NCBI GenBank assembly: GCA_051294905.1
Contig: CM119372.1
Span: 26,104,001-26,168,000, forward strand
Length of the DNA: 64,000 bases
Origin: Botryllus schlosseri
Taxonomy: Eukaryota
Direction: 5' to 3'
A program made the translations under genes and the position numbers. Of this stretch, positions 25,052-40,000 are shown piece by piece (position 1 is the stretch's first letter; every line of letters starts with the position of its first letter). The notes under the pieces are model-generated. The model did not search any database. It was not told the DNA's origin and was given only the letters and a program-made list of their open reading frames with translations.

Positions 25052-28000
25052 CTGAAAAATAAAGGAAGGTGATTGCCAAAGGAGCAGATAAATCGAAGGA
25101 TATGTTCCGCGTTTGCGAGTCCTATGTTAAATGTAATTCCGCGTTCGGGTAGCGGTATATTCTGAGGTAATGGTTGGTTCTAAAAGAGACGGGCGTATTC
25201 TATAGAGCAGGGGTGTCAAACATAAGGCCCGCGGGCCGCATCCGGCCCGCCAGACGATTTCATCCGGCCCGCGAAGCAATTCTGAGTAGCTTGAAAAATT
25301 CTTATATTTTCATCACATTTGTAACAGATGTTGAGATTTTTTGAAGGATATACTTCCATTTTAATATGCCCCATCATAACCACCCGACTATACGACGCTG
25401 TGTTTCACTTTAGTTACCACTAGTAACAACAAGTCTGTGAAATTGATATCCAATTTCAAGAAAGTTAGGAGTGCGCACTGAGTTCATATCGAGTTTTATA
25501 CAAATATGGACAAAAAAGTAGATAGAGCCAATTAAAAAATAAGGCCATATTCGGAATCAGTGCCCTTCAGAACCCCAAAAACCACTCTTACTTTGTCTGC
25601 CTAAAAATATGTGTTGACCAGTAATAAACCAAATTGAAACGTCCGCGTTTCCAATTAAATATCTTGTATTTCTCACATCGCACATGCAGAGCTAACATCA
25701 GATTAAGGCTAAATCAAAGGGAGTATGGAATATGGTTACCATACGTCCTCCTTTAGGCGGATTTGTCCTCCTTTTTCAGGTCCTCCTTTTTGAGATTTTG
25801 TCCTCTTTTTTGAGAATTTTGGTCACATATAGGGCAAAATTTGACTGAGATACTGTAAATCAGCACCGAAGTAACGCTCTGGGGGCTATTTCGGGAGCCG
25901 AGCGGAAAGTTGGCCCTTTTTTAGTCAATGAATTGATGAAGAGAAATACTGTATTCCGGGCGCTGAGCGAGAAAGTTAGCCTTTTTTTAGTCAACCGACC
26001 ACGAAGTGGGAAAAATTTATCATTTTTTCAAGATTTTCCTCCGTTACTCTACGTTTGAAAATTTTGAAATAGTGTCCTCCTCTCCCGATTCCAAAATATG
26101 GTAACCCTAGTATAGAATATGCCAATTTATATCTTCGTTACCGCCATTGTTTTAGTAGTATTGAACTGTATTTAGCTGAACAATATTTTTGCTAATTCCA
26201 CTGTTCGCGAATAAAAGTGTTGCTACTTGCTAGTTTAAAAACCCTATGATCCGCGTATTATCTATTATGCTTTTGAGGTATTCAAGTGAAAAGCAAGAGC
26301 ACGAGGTAACATTTTGGAATCAGTTGACCAGTCCGGCCCGCGAGAGATTTGAAGGCTTGAATCCGGCCCGCGACGCAATTTGAGTTTGACACCCCTGCTA
26401 TAGAGTATATACAGTTAAGTGCTTTGTTAAATGCGATAAAGTCTACATAAATTTGGTCCAAGGAAGGAAGAAGTGTATATGTTTGGAATTTGACTGATAG
26501 CACATACACTAACCAGCGCTAGTGATACAATTGTGAGAAGTCTTGACACTGGAAATTCTTAATCCACCGATCTAAATTAAAACAAACTTTGAAAGTTGGT
26601 ATGTTGCGGTAATTTGCATTGCCTTGCAATGTTTAGTTTTACATAGTAGAAATATCTAACTATATCATTGGGGTAGTATTCCAATACGTTCCTCTACATT
26701 ATAATAATATTGTATACGTAAATATTAAAACCCGAAGTTAGAAGTAGTTAGATAAAAGTTTTTGAAATTCCTCTGAGGAGTGCCTGCTCGAAAAGCTTCG
26801 GATTTTAATATATGTTGGTAATGCATATAATATTAGAATGGATATTGATGTTCTGCACCAAAACAAGTCCCTCCGATTTTAATACTGTACCTCAATGGTA
26901 GGGATATTACTGCTCTAATTTCAACGTGATAATCATATGATACCGCCTATACTAAATATATTGACCATTGAATTTATTCAAACCTTCTTCACATTCATGG
27001 TGGGTGGCCTTCCCCCATTTGCACGTAAAGAACGCGTCACAGCGCACAGAATCCACGAAGTAGTCTTGGGAAACGTTTGGATGACATAACACGTGGCCCC
27101 TTGCGTTCGTGCACCGGGAACGATGCTCCGGAATAAGCTCAGTGGCGCACTTTCCAACGGCAGGACAAAAGCATCTGCTCAACGACCGGTCCCAGCACAT
27201 CTTCATTGCGAGACACTGTAATGTGAATATATTTCCTAACAACGCTCTTCTCACATTAGTCGTGTACCGGGTTGATCTGGCGTGCCATTTACGACGTCAA
27301 GACGGACGAAAATCACTCAGAGAGTTGTATGGGAGATGGCACACTTTTGACACCAGCTCGATCGAGAAAGTTCTGTGATTGAAGTGATTGGCGTAACATG
27401 TATTACAATCCGGTTTGCTGATCTCATTAAATGTCATGAGTGGGGCAGTTTTTTTACCTAAAAAAACGGAAGATTTTGACCTAAAAAATCAAAATTTTGA
27501 CGTTTTGTCACCTTAAAAAACTTAATTTGGCCAAATGTTGACCTAATGTATGCAAATTAAGTTTTTTCCCCATATGATGTTAGAATTGTACTACTTATAT
27601 TCATTTCTGGTTCTAACTGTTTGTCCTTACGATTTACTTCAGCGTGAAAAAACTTTTTGGACTCAAAAATTGACAAATTGTTACGTGAAAAAACTTTATT
27701 TTAACGAAATCTGGCCCTATGAAGAATTCCAGTAGTTACATTACGTATTATGGCAGAAATAATTAAAATTTGTTGCAGTACAACGAACGATACTTTCCTA
27801 CATTCTTGGGTCGAAAGTGACTGTAATTACCAAGCATCTTGCTAAGAATGGAGAAAGAACGTTCAACAGTAGCAGTTGTTGGTTGACAACACTGAAGCTG
27901 TGCGTGCGTACACTGATGGTGACACACCTAGTTGCTTCATTCTGACAAACGTGTCTACATCACGATTTTTCATAATGCGCTGCTTGATGCCCACGCAATT

Positions 28001-31000
28001 TCGTTTCAGTTAGTATATTGCGGTACGTTGAGCATAACATCATATCAACCTATTTGTTTCATTTGAATGTTTATGATTCAGAATGAACAGGCAACGGTAG
28101 GCGTATAAAGTAGGCTACAAACTGTAAAATTCCAAACGATAAGCTCAGCGACAGTGCAAAATCTACGATACAAACGAAATGCAGGTTGCAAAATTTTTTT
28201 GAGTTGGTTACCAATTCTGACATTTTTGGACCTAACGCTACAATTTGAGCTAATTTTGACTGTTTTCTACATCTAAAAAAATTGCTCTAGTCATGAGACG
28301 GTTCTTTAGAACCGGTGCGAACGGGCGGAATCCGACCATCGCGCGATTAGATATGTGCTCTTGGTTTTTGGGTCATCATTTGACAGAAGAATAAGTTCAG
28401 ACTTCACTATAATGTTATTCACAAACTTCAATCTAAAACGATTATATAACTTGCGGGCGCATTATATACTATTAATTCTACCAAGAATCTACTTACGTCA
28501 GCTTCACATAAATATTCGCCCTTGGAAGGTCCAGCGACAATGCTCGTACCGCATAAACCTGTATCATAATATGGTGGTCATAATGACATAAAATATAGTT
28601 TGTATGTACTCCATGAAATGTTGTTTTCGCAATCTTTGCATGGTTATTTCACTCTAGCTGTAGGTAAGAATATTAACGTATCACGTGCACATTAGCGTAT
28701 TGGTAGATTTAGGATTACAAATCGCATCCTAAAATTGTACAGGACCGCAGGCACACCGGCAATATATTTTTATACGCCCTATGTCACTATGGTTTGGCAG
28801 AAAAAAGTTTCAATGACAGCAAAGTAAACTTTTAGTTGTGTTCTACGAGAGTACGATCAATAGTCCTACCCGCCGTAGAAACTTCTTCAAGGACACTGGA
28901 CATTTTATTTGGAGTTTCGGGCTTCGGCAAAATAAAGATATCCCCTCCGGTTTCTTCTGCTAATTCATAGAAAGCTTTCTCCATTCTGTCGCTATAACCT
29001 GCCATGGAAGATCACAGTAACATATTCGAATTACTGAGTTGATTTGAAGTCGTTTAAAGTTACCTGTTGACCGCTTCCTTCTTAGCGTACGCGTTCTTTC
29101 AAAGACATGCTGCTTACAGAAGTCAGAACCCGTAACCATGCAAGGCCAGAGGCACTTTCCACAACAGGAAGTCAGCACCGGTATGAATGCACACCCTGCA
29201 AACAGTAAATGCAAATTACAACGCCTGAATATAATGACAGTTTTTTTTTTGGGGGGGGGGGCGGTATAAAATAGCGGATTAAGTGCACCTACACAGTAAG
29301 TCGACCAGTAAAAATTAGTGTATCTATCAGGTTCCACAGCATTGGGTGTACATCAGATTAACGACAAAACGCAGAGCCTATACACTCTACGGTTAGCGAA
29401 AAGAGAATGTATTCACACCATAAAGGAGGTAGACAACAACAGAACCTATACTGCGGTATAAATCAAACATAATATTTCAATACAAATGATGTCTGACAAA
29501 CTAGAATAACTACAAATGGAGTAGTGAGGAAAATAGGCACATCCGGAGGGACGTTCGAAAGTATATGCACATAGGTATGTACTATGCAGTAGGCCTATAA
29601 TGTGTAGCAATGCCTTTAAGTTAACCCGTGAATCAATCACAAGCCCCTGTTTCGAAAAGTAACCAAAAGAACCAATCTAGCGATTGAATGTAGGCATAGA
29701 AAGAAAAACACCGATTGATAATGATGGTTGGACCAGACCGTGATAAAATAAATTGAAACACACCGATAAGGAAATACTGTTCAGTCAATCACAAGTCCGG
29801 TATTCCATCGACACCCTAAGAGTGGATTTTCTAAATTCAGAAGTAGTTTTTGTTTTCCTGTATCCTCTGAAGGGTTTGAATATACACTATTTTCGTTAGA
29901 CGTGTATATACCTCTGTCTTCATGTTGAATATTAGGTTACGTGGGCAGCTTACATGCTAAATAACGAGAGACAACCCATTCACTTGATGACATATACTTG
30001 ATGAGGAGTGTTGCATGTTCATTGTTCAGTTAATACACTGCGGGTCTAAACTACGAAACCGCACTACGTAGTTACCATAGCTTAGCTCGAACGTACACCT
30101 ATGCATTTCAACGTTCACCTACTTTTTCTCAGTAGAAGTTGTAAAACTTCATACGCTCTGTCGACATCTTTTGCGACCGCATCGCTGAATAAAAATATCT
30201 TGCACCCGTCGTTATCGTCAGGAACCTCGTGTAATGCTTTCTGAAGACGATAAATTGATAGCAATTTTGCTCGACGACACGGAAAAGCTATTACGCAACA
30301 TTACTCGCCATTCGCGTACATAACGAGTAGGGAATACAGACAGAAGATGTTATTCTGACCAGAGTTGGATCAATTACATTATTTCAGTTCAATTACAATT
30401 ACAATTACAATTACTTTCATGCATGTTTCAATTACATTACAATTACAATTACTCCATGCTAAAAATATCAAATTACAATTACAATTACAATTACTCCTTG
30501 CATGCTTCAATTACATTACAATTACAATTACAATTGCTGCTGTTAAACATGTGATTGAATAATCATAAATTCAACCGTGCTCCTTGACAACCGTAGTGTC
30601 GTATTTAACAACAATTCAAGTCTAGTTCAGATTGTGTAGTAATAAATGCGTTTATGTGCGTACATAGTATGCTATGTAAGATGTCATTGTGACGTAATAT
30701 AATCGTGTTTTGTATGCTCGGTAATTATGGCTCACGTAATTGGAAATGTAAAATGTTATTTACCTAATTTCCTATGGGTTAGGATTAAGGATAGGGTGCA
30801 GTATGTCGTTGAAAAAGTATTATAATATATGCGCGTGTTGGTTTGCGTATATAGTATATAATTGAAGAAATAATATTATTTTTATCGAGGGACGTAGGAA
30901 TTAGGATGAGGAGTAAAAACAAAATCGTGCTTTGTCAGATAAGACGTTATATAATATCCAGTGGTCTGGTTAGTTAGCCAGACGAAGTAACGATGCAGCA

Positions 31001-34000
31001 TCGTGATCTGAAATCGTATTGCAGATTGCCAACCCACGGATAGATGCGCAAGATGTGAGTCACGGATGAATGCACCGACAAACGTACTGCAGAGCCGGCT
31101 AAAAGCAGCAAACTTTGTAGTCCTAGAGCTGGCGATCCATGCGTCCAAATTTGATGCATCTGGTTTTTATCGTAAGCTATTGATGTACTAATTCCGAAAA
31201 TACAAAATAAAATCTCGTCAGGGCAATGTAACTGCTCCAAAATAGCCGCTTAAGGCCGACTGTTCTGAAAAGTGAGAGCGCTGCAGCAGCATGACCACAA
31301 CAATTACCAATTACGCCCAGCGATTGTTCAGAACAATGCCGATTCCCAGACTTTCACGACTATTTTGGGATGGTACCATTGCCTGGAAATATACTTTTAT
31401 TGCGGTATCAGTGCGACACTAGCTTTTGATTAGGACCATACATATCAAATTTCGACGCTTGGATCGCCAGCTATGGGACTATCAATTCTGCTGCTTTTAG
31501 CCGGCTCAGCAGTCCGCTTCTCGGCGTATTTAATCGTGAGTCACGTGTTGCGAATCCATCCGTTGGTTAGTAATCTAAAAATTGTATACAATGGCAGCCG
31601 AGGCCAGCATAGCGGTAAAAATTTAAAAAAACTTCGCCCGTAAGGGCGCAGTCAAGGGCTTCGGCGAATGGATTCACCAAATTCCTTGTCGACATTTAAA
31701 GAGAATGCATTATAAGTCAATTATTTTATGTTGTGCTTGTCAGGTTTCAATAGCAATTTAATGTAATTGAAATTGTAATTGAGCAAAATTTTTGTCAAAT
31801 TACAATTACAATTACAATTACACAAAATAAAAATGCTTCAATTACAATTACATTACAATTACATTGAAAAATGTAATTAATTACATTCAATTACAATTAC
31901 AAATTACAATTGATCCAACTCTGATTCTGACTACCCGTAAAGGGGTGTGTAAAGATAATAACATGCTATGCGTTTATGGAGAATCCTACAGCGCAACAAC
32001 GATGCATATGAGTCCGGGTGCGAAATATAATTAATGTAGCGAGCGATGACCCGTCTGGTTAATGACGTCTTATCCAAGTAAAGACGGTTCAGAGTCTTTG
32101 ATATTGATCCAGCGTAGGTGGTTTTACTTTCCGGTGTATACTGCTTGAGAGAGGAACGCACAAAACTCATGCGTATGCTATAGCTGAAGTAGGAGATGAA
32201 AATCAATATTTAAAAGTTTGATCGATCAATTAGCATTGGAAATGATTGCAGCCTATGCATCTGCGTGTTTTACACATCATTGCCATTAGGGTTGCATTTA
32301 CAAAAATGATATTTTAAAACACTTTGTTCACAACATGTGTCGAACGGTGTTTTTAAAAATGCCTTTTAATAAAAAAAATCGTGTTTTTTCAGACGTTGTA
32401 TAATTATGTTATAATTGTGTAAATATGCATTATGCAATTAGCGAGTTCAATTCCACCACTAATTCAAAATGGTGTCGAAAGCAATTCCATTACAAAACTA
32501 AATTCAGCTATCGTGCTAAAGTGAGAGCGTGATGGCGATTTCACTCGTAAAAACGAAGATATTCCGTCATGAAAATTATATCCTGCTCCAGAAAAAGTAA
32601 TAATAATACAAAACGGCATCTAGTATACTCTGGACTGAATCAACGTTAGTTCAACTCGGCTCTCAATGCAGATCTAGCTCATGCATAGTATATGCATGGT
32701 ATATCAGCAGGCAACCTCATTAGATACTGATGATCGTGACCAATCATACCATAGTATGTTGGTATATCATACGTAGAATAGTAAAAAAATGGTACAGAAT
32801 ATCATAGCGAAACACGTATATTGGACTCAGATAGCAATTACCAAGGATAGTATATTGACGTTGGAACATCAAGGAATGATCAATCCATGTGATTAGGGTT
32901 TACATTTCGAGGAACGGCCCTGCTTGAACTTAACACGAGCGTTGACAGAAGCAATTCGAGACCGCGACCTCCCCGAGCATTGACTTGTGACTTGAAAGTT
33001 TCATACCGACGAAAAGTATCGCATCAGTTAAGTAGAATTTCAAACTATTGTTTCAACCTTGCAACTTCTACTCGTCTTTCGATAACTGCAAAGTCCGCTA
33101 TGTAACTCAGGGATATGCTGTTTCATGGAAATCTGTGAAATGGCGAACGGCATGCAGCATTTTCACAATTTGACAGATCGCTTTTCCTGGTTGTTATTTA
33201 TTAACTTTTTTCGATGAAGACGGAGTTGCATTATATTCATCGTGATGAAAGACACATATATGCTCTTAACTCATTCTGGGTTACAATGTAATTTGTGTTA
33301 CTCTATCCTATCTCGAACACATTTCTTTCGGGCTTAATATTTATATGGATTATTCATTCCCCGCGACCCTGCATGTTTCTTACATTTCTTATCGCAGCGG
33401 CATACTGACATGGCATCAATTGATCGTCACATTCTAGCATAGAGGAATGACTTTAAAACGTTATACTGCAATCCTGCACGCTTGTGAGTCTTTGTAAACT
33501 TCATAGTCACTCATATTCATACCAGTATTCCAGCCATGGCCATTTCAGGGCAATCCCATCCTCCTCGTGTTTGCAATGAGTTAATTGCGTTGATAGCATC
33601 GTCAGAGTTAGTCGTTGGTCCGATTTCTAACTTCGCATCTACAAAGTGATTAAAGAATTACTTACTGTACGTACAATTAAACCAGCCTTATAACATGGCT
33701 TCCATACACAAATCAAAAGTACTGCTGGAATCTTCTCAGCAGTGAGCGCTTTTAGAACTTTATAGTCCACGAAAGTCCGATTACAAAAGATTATTTATTC
33801 TCAACTGGGATATTATAATCTGTTCAAAGTGAAAATTTTAAGAGCTAGTGTTCTGAGTTCTGCCCTATGATGCAATCAAACTGGCAAATATTGAGCATTA
33901 ACCATATAAAATTTACTACGAATGATAAAATATATTTGACGTAACTTAGAGTTCAAAAGTGTTGGATTCTACCGGCTCGATGTCTCTTCTCTCATTATAT

Positions 34001-37000
34001 TACGGCAATTTGCATCTGAGTCAGCAGTCGCTCAGCAAATATCAGTAAATCTCTTTCTTCTTAGTGTAATATGATAATAACTAGCTTTTGGAAGCTATGA
34101 AATTAAATGCGAAAAAGCAATGGCTTACGCTTTTGACGTGTGACAGGAGAAAGTCACTTGATCAAGGTATATATATACATATACGTGGAAATGTACGCGA
34201 TAATTCCTACATCCGACGGTGCCAAATCTATTGCTGGCATATCATACCGATTAAATACATCAACGCATACCTGGGTCATTAAATGTAGAAACAATCCATC
34301 CTCCTGTGGGCTCGGAACCGCATAAGAATTTTGTTCCTTCCACGCACCCTTTCAGCCACTGCTTCACAGCTTCAATCTCGTTCGCCATGGAACCGCTATC
34401 GTCAATCACAAAACCGACGTACGTTCGTTCTGTAAGGCACACGCAGTTTCACGGATAGCATACGCACTTGTTTTGATTGTGACAATCATCATGGTCATCA
34501 AAGACATTGAATAAAACAAGCTTTGTCTTCGTACGTGCGATAGGAGTCGTTCTGCTATCACGATTACAGTATTGAGTGTTGTTACTATAGGAATAATTCC
34601 ATAATTTTATAGTCAATTGCAAGCAGAAGTAGCCTCTTCCAAGACATGTTCGAATTATTTCAAGTGGTAGTATGGAAAATGGAGGTCTGAAAATTAAGTA
34701 AGTAGCTTAAAGAGGAGATTTGGTTGAAGAGTCTCATACTCTTAGCAAATAATAGAAGGTGACTATAGTTCCAAAATTTACGGCTGCATCTTCGCAGCTG
34801 ACACACATCGATTAATGACCAGTGGTGGTCGGGAAGGAAGTATATATGCTTCTACTTCCTCAAGTGGATATAATTGTAGACTACTTCTACTGCATAGTTT
34901 TAAGTTTTTCAGGCACTACTAGGCGTGGAATTTCCGCTTTTATGCTTACTTACAACTTCCCCTTGAGTACTAGCTATAATAGGGTTACCATACGTCCTCC
35001 TTTAGAAGGACTTGTCCTCCTTTTTCACGAAATCTAAAATGTCCTCCGATAATGCCTAAATGTTCCTCATTTTGGCAATTCGTTATCCTTTATACAGCTT
35101 TGACAGCTAGGCGATTGTACAGGCACCACTAGAAAAGAGCATAAATGTCGCGAAAATACTGTATTTTCTGGATCTCAAAGTATGGTAACCCTGAACTATA
35201 CCTACCTTGCGCATCTCTCTTAATGACAAGGCTAGGTATACCATATTCAGAAATACATTCATTTACCGTAATGCGTGGGCTATTTCGCTCAGTGGGCTAT
35301 TTCACTAATAAAAGTGATGTAAACATATCCCAAGACTACTTTCTAGTTCTACTACAAAATCCAAAGTGCAAAGGTAAGTCGGTTTACCTAAGATCTGTTT
35401 GGTAGGAGAGGTAGTAATCTACCAACATAACCTCTTGGGCTAATAGTACATGCGAGTGGGGCTGGGCACAATGATTCGAGTACTCGAATCTGAATCGAGT
35501 ATTAATTTTAATGATTCGAGTCGAGTAGTAAAAGACGATTTTTTTTGAGTACTGAAATTATACGCTCCTCGCCACTGAAAGTTAATTTATTAACGATAAT
35601 TATAGTTTCGATACTATACTTGAGCCTTGAAACCTTGATTGGCATAAAGTAACATAAAGTAGAAAGCTACGAACGTTATTGGCAATAGCACATTTCCGAA
35701 ATCATGCTCATCCCACAACATTGTCATCACGTACAATGAAATCGGTACGGTCGAAAGAATACCAAAGTATCTTTAATGTGATGGAAAACAGGCATTATAT
35801 TCCTAAAAGTTACATATTGGAACTTCGACATATTACATTTTGTTATGACGTCATAATGAGTGATACTCGATTACTCGACTCGACTCGAAGCATATTACGT
35901 GATTCAGAATCGAATCACTCAGGTACTCGATTTTGCCCGGTCCTACATGCGAGCAAACTAATTTCAGAACTCCAAAATAGTACTTCGTTACGAACGACAT
36001 TTGCGTTTCCCCATGTCATTTACTACATTAAACCTACGAATGCAACAGCAGTTACCTCGTGACGCTTCGGTAGTAGTGGTACTTTGCTTAGGTGCTTCTG
36101 AAATATATTAAAGTAAAAGAATGAAATGAGGGAGGTACACAGGATGAAAACGTCGAGGTATAGGCCTACCCTACACATAATGTTCAACTATCATCGCCTT
36201 GCATTTGCGGAGACTGAATCACTGGACGCCGCACACTGAGCTTGTATACAATATATTTCTCGTCTTTTGGAATCGAGGAATGATAGTAACTTCAGGTGTG
36301 TCAGCCTAAAGGTGAAACTAAATCCTGTATCAAACGGAAGCTGGCGTTTATTTGATGCCTAAATCTGATTAAATGGAATGAGGCCAGGGTACACCGGAAC
36401 CTCTCAAAATCGCCTTCCAATTTGGAATTGTAATTGAGAATGGCATTTTCGTGAAATGTCGTGCTATTGTCGTCACGTACAGGTCCGATAATTTCGGGAA
36501 AAGTTGAACATAGTTGCTGAGAGTCAGAACATTCATGTTGACTCTCCGCGCGCAACGTCTTGGCACACCCTCTTGAGTTGTGCAATGACAACATTGCTAA
36601 TGCCAATTTGGATGGGGTGTCTCGAGTACACTATTTGTATTATGTATTACGTCCCACTATCATCTTCAAAGAAAATTAAAACAGAAAATTCTTCTTACCT
36701 GTAGTTGCTGGCGGCTCCACATTATGAGGAGGGGTTGTTTTACTCCCAGATTCTGGATATATGTCATGATATCGTTATTATATTGAATAAACTCTTCGCG
36801 TATCTACGAAAAACTCACGTCCGTCACACCCTTGTACCTCCGATGGCCAGTTGCACCGTAAAATATCCGTGTCAAACACCAATCCTTCCGGACATGGCAT
36901 CTTATATGCTTTCCCTGGAGTAAACAAGGAAGATGATTAATTTGTTTCGGCAAATATACTAATACTAATAATCCTACCATGTACACATTGATAAAAGTAA

Positions 37001-40000
37001 GGATAACAATTATTATCCAGGATGTACAATTCTCCGTGATCGTGACCGTGGCATCCTTCGTCTGGAGGAAGTAAAGATTTTCTGTGTCTGCAAATGCTAT
37101 TAGGAAATCACCAACACAGCGAATACACTGACCTGCACCACAACCTTCTACGTTATGAGGATGATCGCAAATGCTGTGATCCGGGTTGAATATCGTTCCA
37201 GGCGCGCAGGGCTGTTTGACAGGTTTGCCTGGAAACAAAATAATATGGCTCGCTAAAGGAACAAAACAATAGTGCCTATGTCGAATTTTTTCATAGCGAT
37301 AGAAGGAATGTGAAGCATGCATGGATAAATGCTGAACTGAGTGAAAGCTCATTAGAGTGCCAAGTCATGTTAGTGGCCAATGATAACGACGTTCCATCGA
37401 GTTCAAGTTAAAGTTCAGGTTATTTTTGCTTCAGCATATTTGGCTTATCTGGGAATTCGATACTTGAATTGTGGTCCGGAATGGTGCATTCACAAATATG
37501 ATAATCCTGTCGTCAAATCTGAATAATATCAACTTCAACCTTATCAGTAGAGTTCAGACCTGACCGCTATCTGTGTTATACCTGCCAACCTGCATCAACG
37601 TGTCGTCAGCAAAATGAATGAATGATTTGTTAGCGGTTATAAAATCATTCACCCTTCTCATACCAAACACTGTCATCGATGCATCTAATAGGTTGGTTAG
37701 TTTTTTTATGTGAAGACGTTCATTTCAAATTCAACACGGACGTGGAGTCTGCAGCGATGACATTATTGTCTATACCTATACATGCGTACGTCTTCATTCA
37801 GAATACATTATTCTATCACATATTTTCAAGTCACCATGGTTGCAAATGTAATAGAATGCGAAGCAGCCGTCTCCATCCACGTACAATTCCCCATTAGAAT
37901 GTCCATTGCAGCCGCCGTTACCTGAATATGGAAACGAAAAATGATTCCCTACCATTGTTTTCTCCTGCGCACAGAAAATCTAAGCAACGCATCAGAAATC
38001 CAAAGTGATGACCTTTCTAGTCGTTACGCACTGCTGTCCCAGGGACCGCGCAGTGAGTTGGTGAGTGCGCGTAGACTCGTGAAAAATTAGAGGGAACATT
38101 GTCCCTACCCAACTCAAGAGTTGGTGATGTAAAGTGAAAAATCATTAATGACTTTACTTGGATAACTCAAGCAAGGCCGCTAAAGTTGCATTTTCCATAG
38201 GTGTTGTGTGAATCTTTGAAATGTGAACACAAACTCATGAAGGAATCTCTGGAAATACGATGTGATTCCAAACACAGTGTAAATATATTCAAAACTTGCG
38301 AGTCGTAATGGCATAATCTAGAAGCGCAACATCAGTGTCGTTTGAAAATAATGTACATGCATCAAGTAGGCTACTCTAGGTGCCCTTTATAAGATGTTAC
38401 CCGTAATGACATATCTCATCAGTGTTCTATATCAGTTTGTAGATTATTTTTTATCAGTATGGTTCGCGCATTCACACTGAGTATTGTTGTGTTGGTCCGC
38501 TACTCTGCAGAGGCCTGGAACTATATTTTGCACCGCGGATCCAAACATATTATTTCCGGTTGCGTCTGCCATAGATAGCATTGTCGCCTTTCAGGAGTAT
38601 AGGCCAAACACTTAACACATAGAATAGTGACGGAAACTACTCATGTTATTACTCGCAGCCAGAACATGGTCATATATCAAGCGAAACTCTCAAAAGTCAA
38701 TATTATTCATGACCACGAAAAGCATCGATAATGTTTACACAGCTAACCTTTTAATGTCTATTTATAACGCCTTAGACTTATACGGGGTTCTACCATCAAA
38801 AAAATCGAATTGGTCAGGCATTACCATGCTCGCATGTAAATGATACTATATTGCCCCGTATCGAACCTGACTATATTCCTGAGTTGGACTGATTCAACCA
38901 TGTGAACGATATCTTCGTCAACATTAGTTCCGATTATTTATACTTCTTCTTTAAGTAATTTCGCTTAAGTTTTAGCTTTAGTAATATAGTGATTTATCAA
39001 TTTCTACCTGTACTTGACTGCATAATTGACGACGTCATTGATACCCGAGTAGTATAAATGGGAGTCACCAAATTATCAAATCTAACAATAGGCCGTAGTA
39101 ACTTGATGAATGCTTACCTGAATTACAAATGCTTACGTCAGAAGGCCAGTTGCAAATATCCAGAGAGTCATCGAATATGAGGCCTTTCGGGCAATCCATT
39201 TTATAAGTAGTGCCTAATGCAAAAGTTGTTACATGCAACAATAAGTATTCGAATGATTAGGATGTGTAGCACCATCCAGTGTAAGTTCAAATACCATGTG
39301 AGCACTGGTAGAAGTATGTGAAACAGCCATCGCTTGGAACGTACAATTCTCCGTGATCGTGCCCATGGCAACCGTCTGTATCCTCTGTGCCTAAATGTCA
39401 ATAGTGTGTTAAGGCGTCGTTGGGTTATTTGTGGCGATAGGTGGCTGTATAAGTTGTAAATATAAATGTATGCTGTACTCCGACATTTCAGTCGTATTAT
39501 AATTGACTATGAATACTTTTTTGAAGGATGAATTATTTCGCACGTTCCAAATACTACAACCAATGCAGTCTGATTTAACCAAGATGTTGCCTACAGCCAT
39601 ATAATCAGAGAAAAAGCGAAAACGACGTAGGCATTGTAAGCATACTATACCAGCATGTATATAACATGCCGGTGTCTAAATGTTCGAATTCACGGGCCAG
39701 TACTGAACTATAAATATACTTCGAAGAAGCACATACATAACGTATTTCTGGATCCGGATCGAATCCGATGTAATCATACATGGATTCCCAATCGAACCAG
39801 GGGCTCCCAAAACTAGATGGAATCGGATTTGACGTTAAATAAAGTACAACCGGGTGGTGAAGCGTTCCAATTCACAATTCAGTAAATATTCAGATTTGTT
39901 TTAGTACTGAAACACATTGACTAGAGAGTAGCTAAGTAGGAACTTTTAGATTTAGCAAACCACAGTCATATTTGCGATTTGCAAATTCCAAATTTTATTT

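Noticed and set aside
27435..28295. Assignment to the P-element superfamily from CATGA termini
   Set aside because: No 7-8 bp TSD recognisable and no transposase; left unclassified
30365..30562. ORF with ITITIT/LQLQLQ repeats
   Set aside because: Translation of the (AATTAC)n MITE array
31931..32206. 91-aa intronic ORF behind a good acceptor
   Set aside because: No recognisable domain, and it would interrupt a vWA domain that is already continuous from 33523 to 30240
33020..33190. Alternative or duplicate vWA exon (KAICQIVKMLHAVRHFTD)
   Set aside because: Wrong phase at the nearest acceptor and followed by stops; 30123-30240 fits far better
36804..37352. 182-aa ORF as a single-exon gene
   Set aside because: Only 37133-37228 is in the true frame; the rest is intron or exons read in another frame
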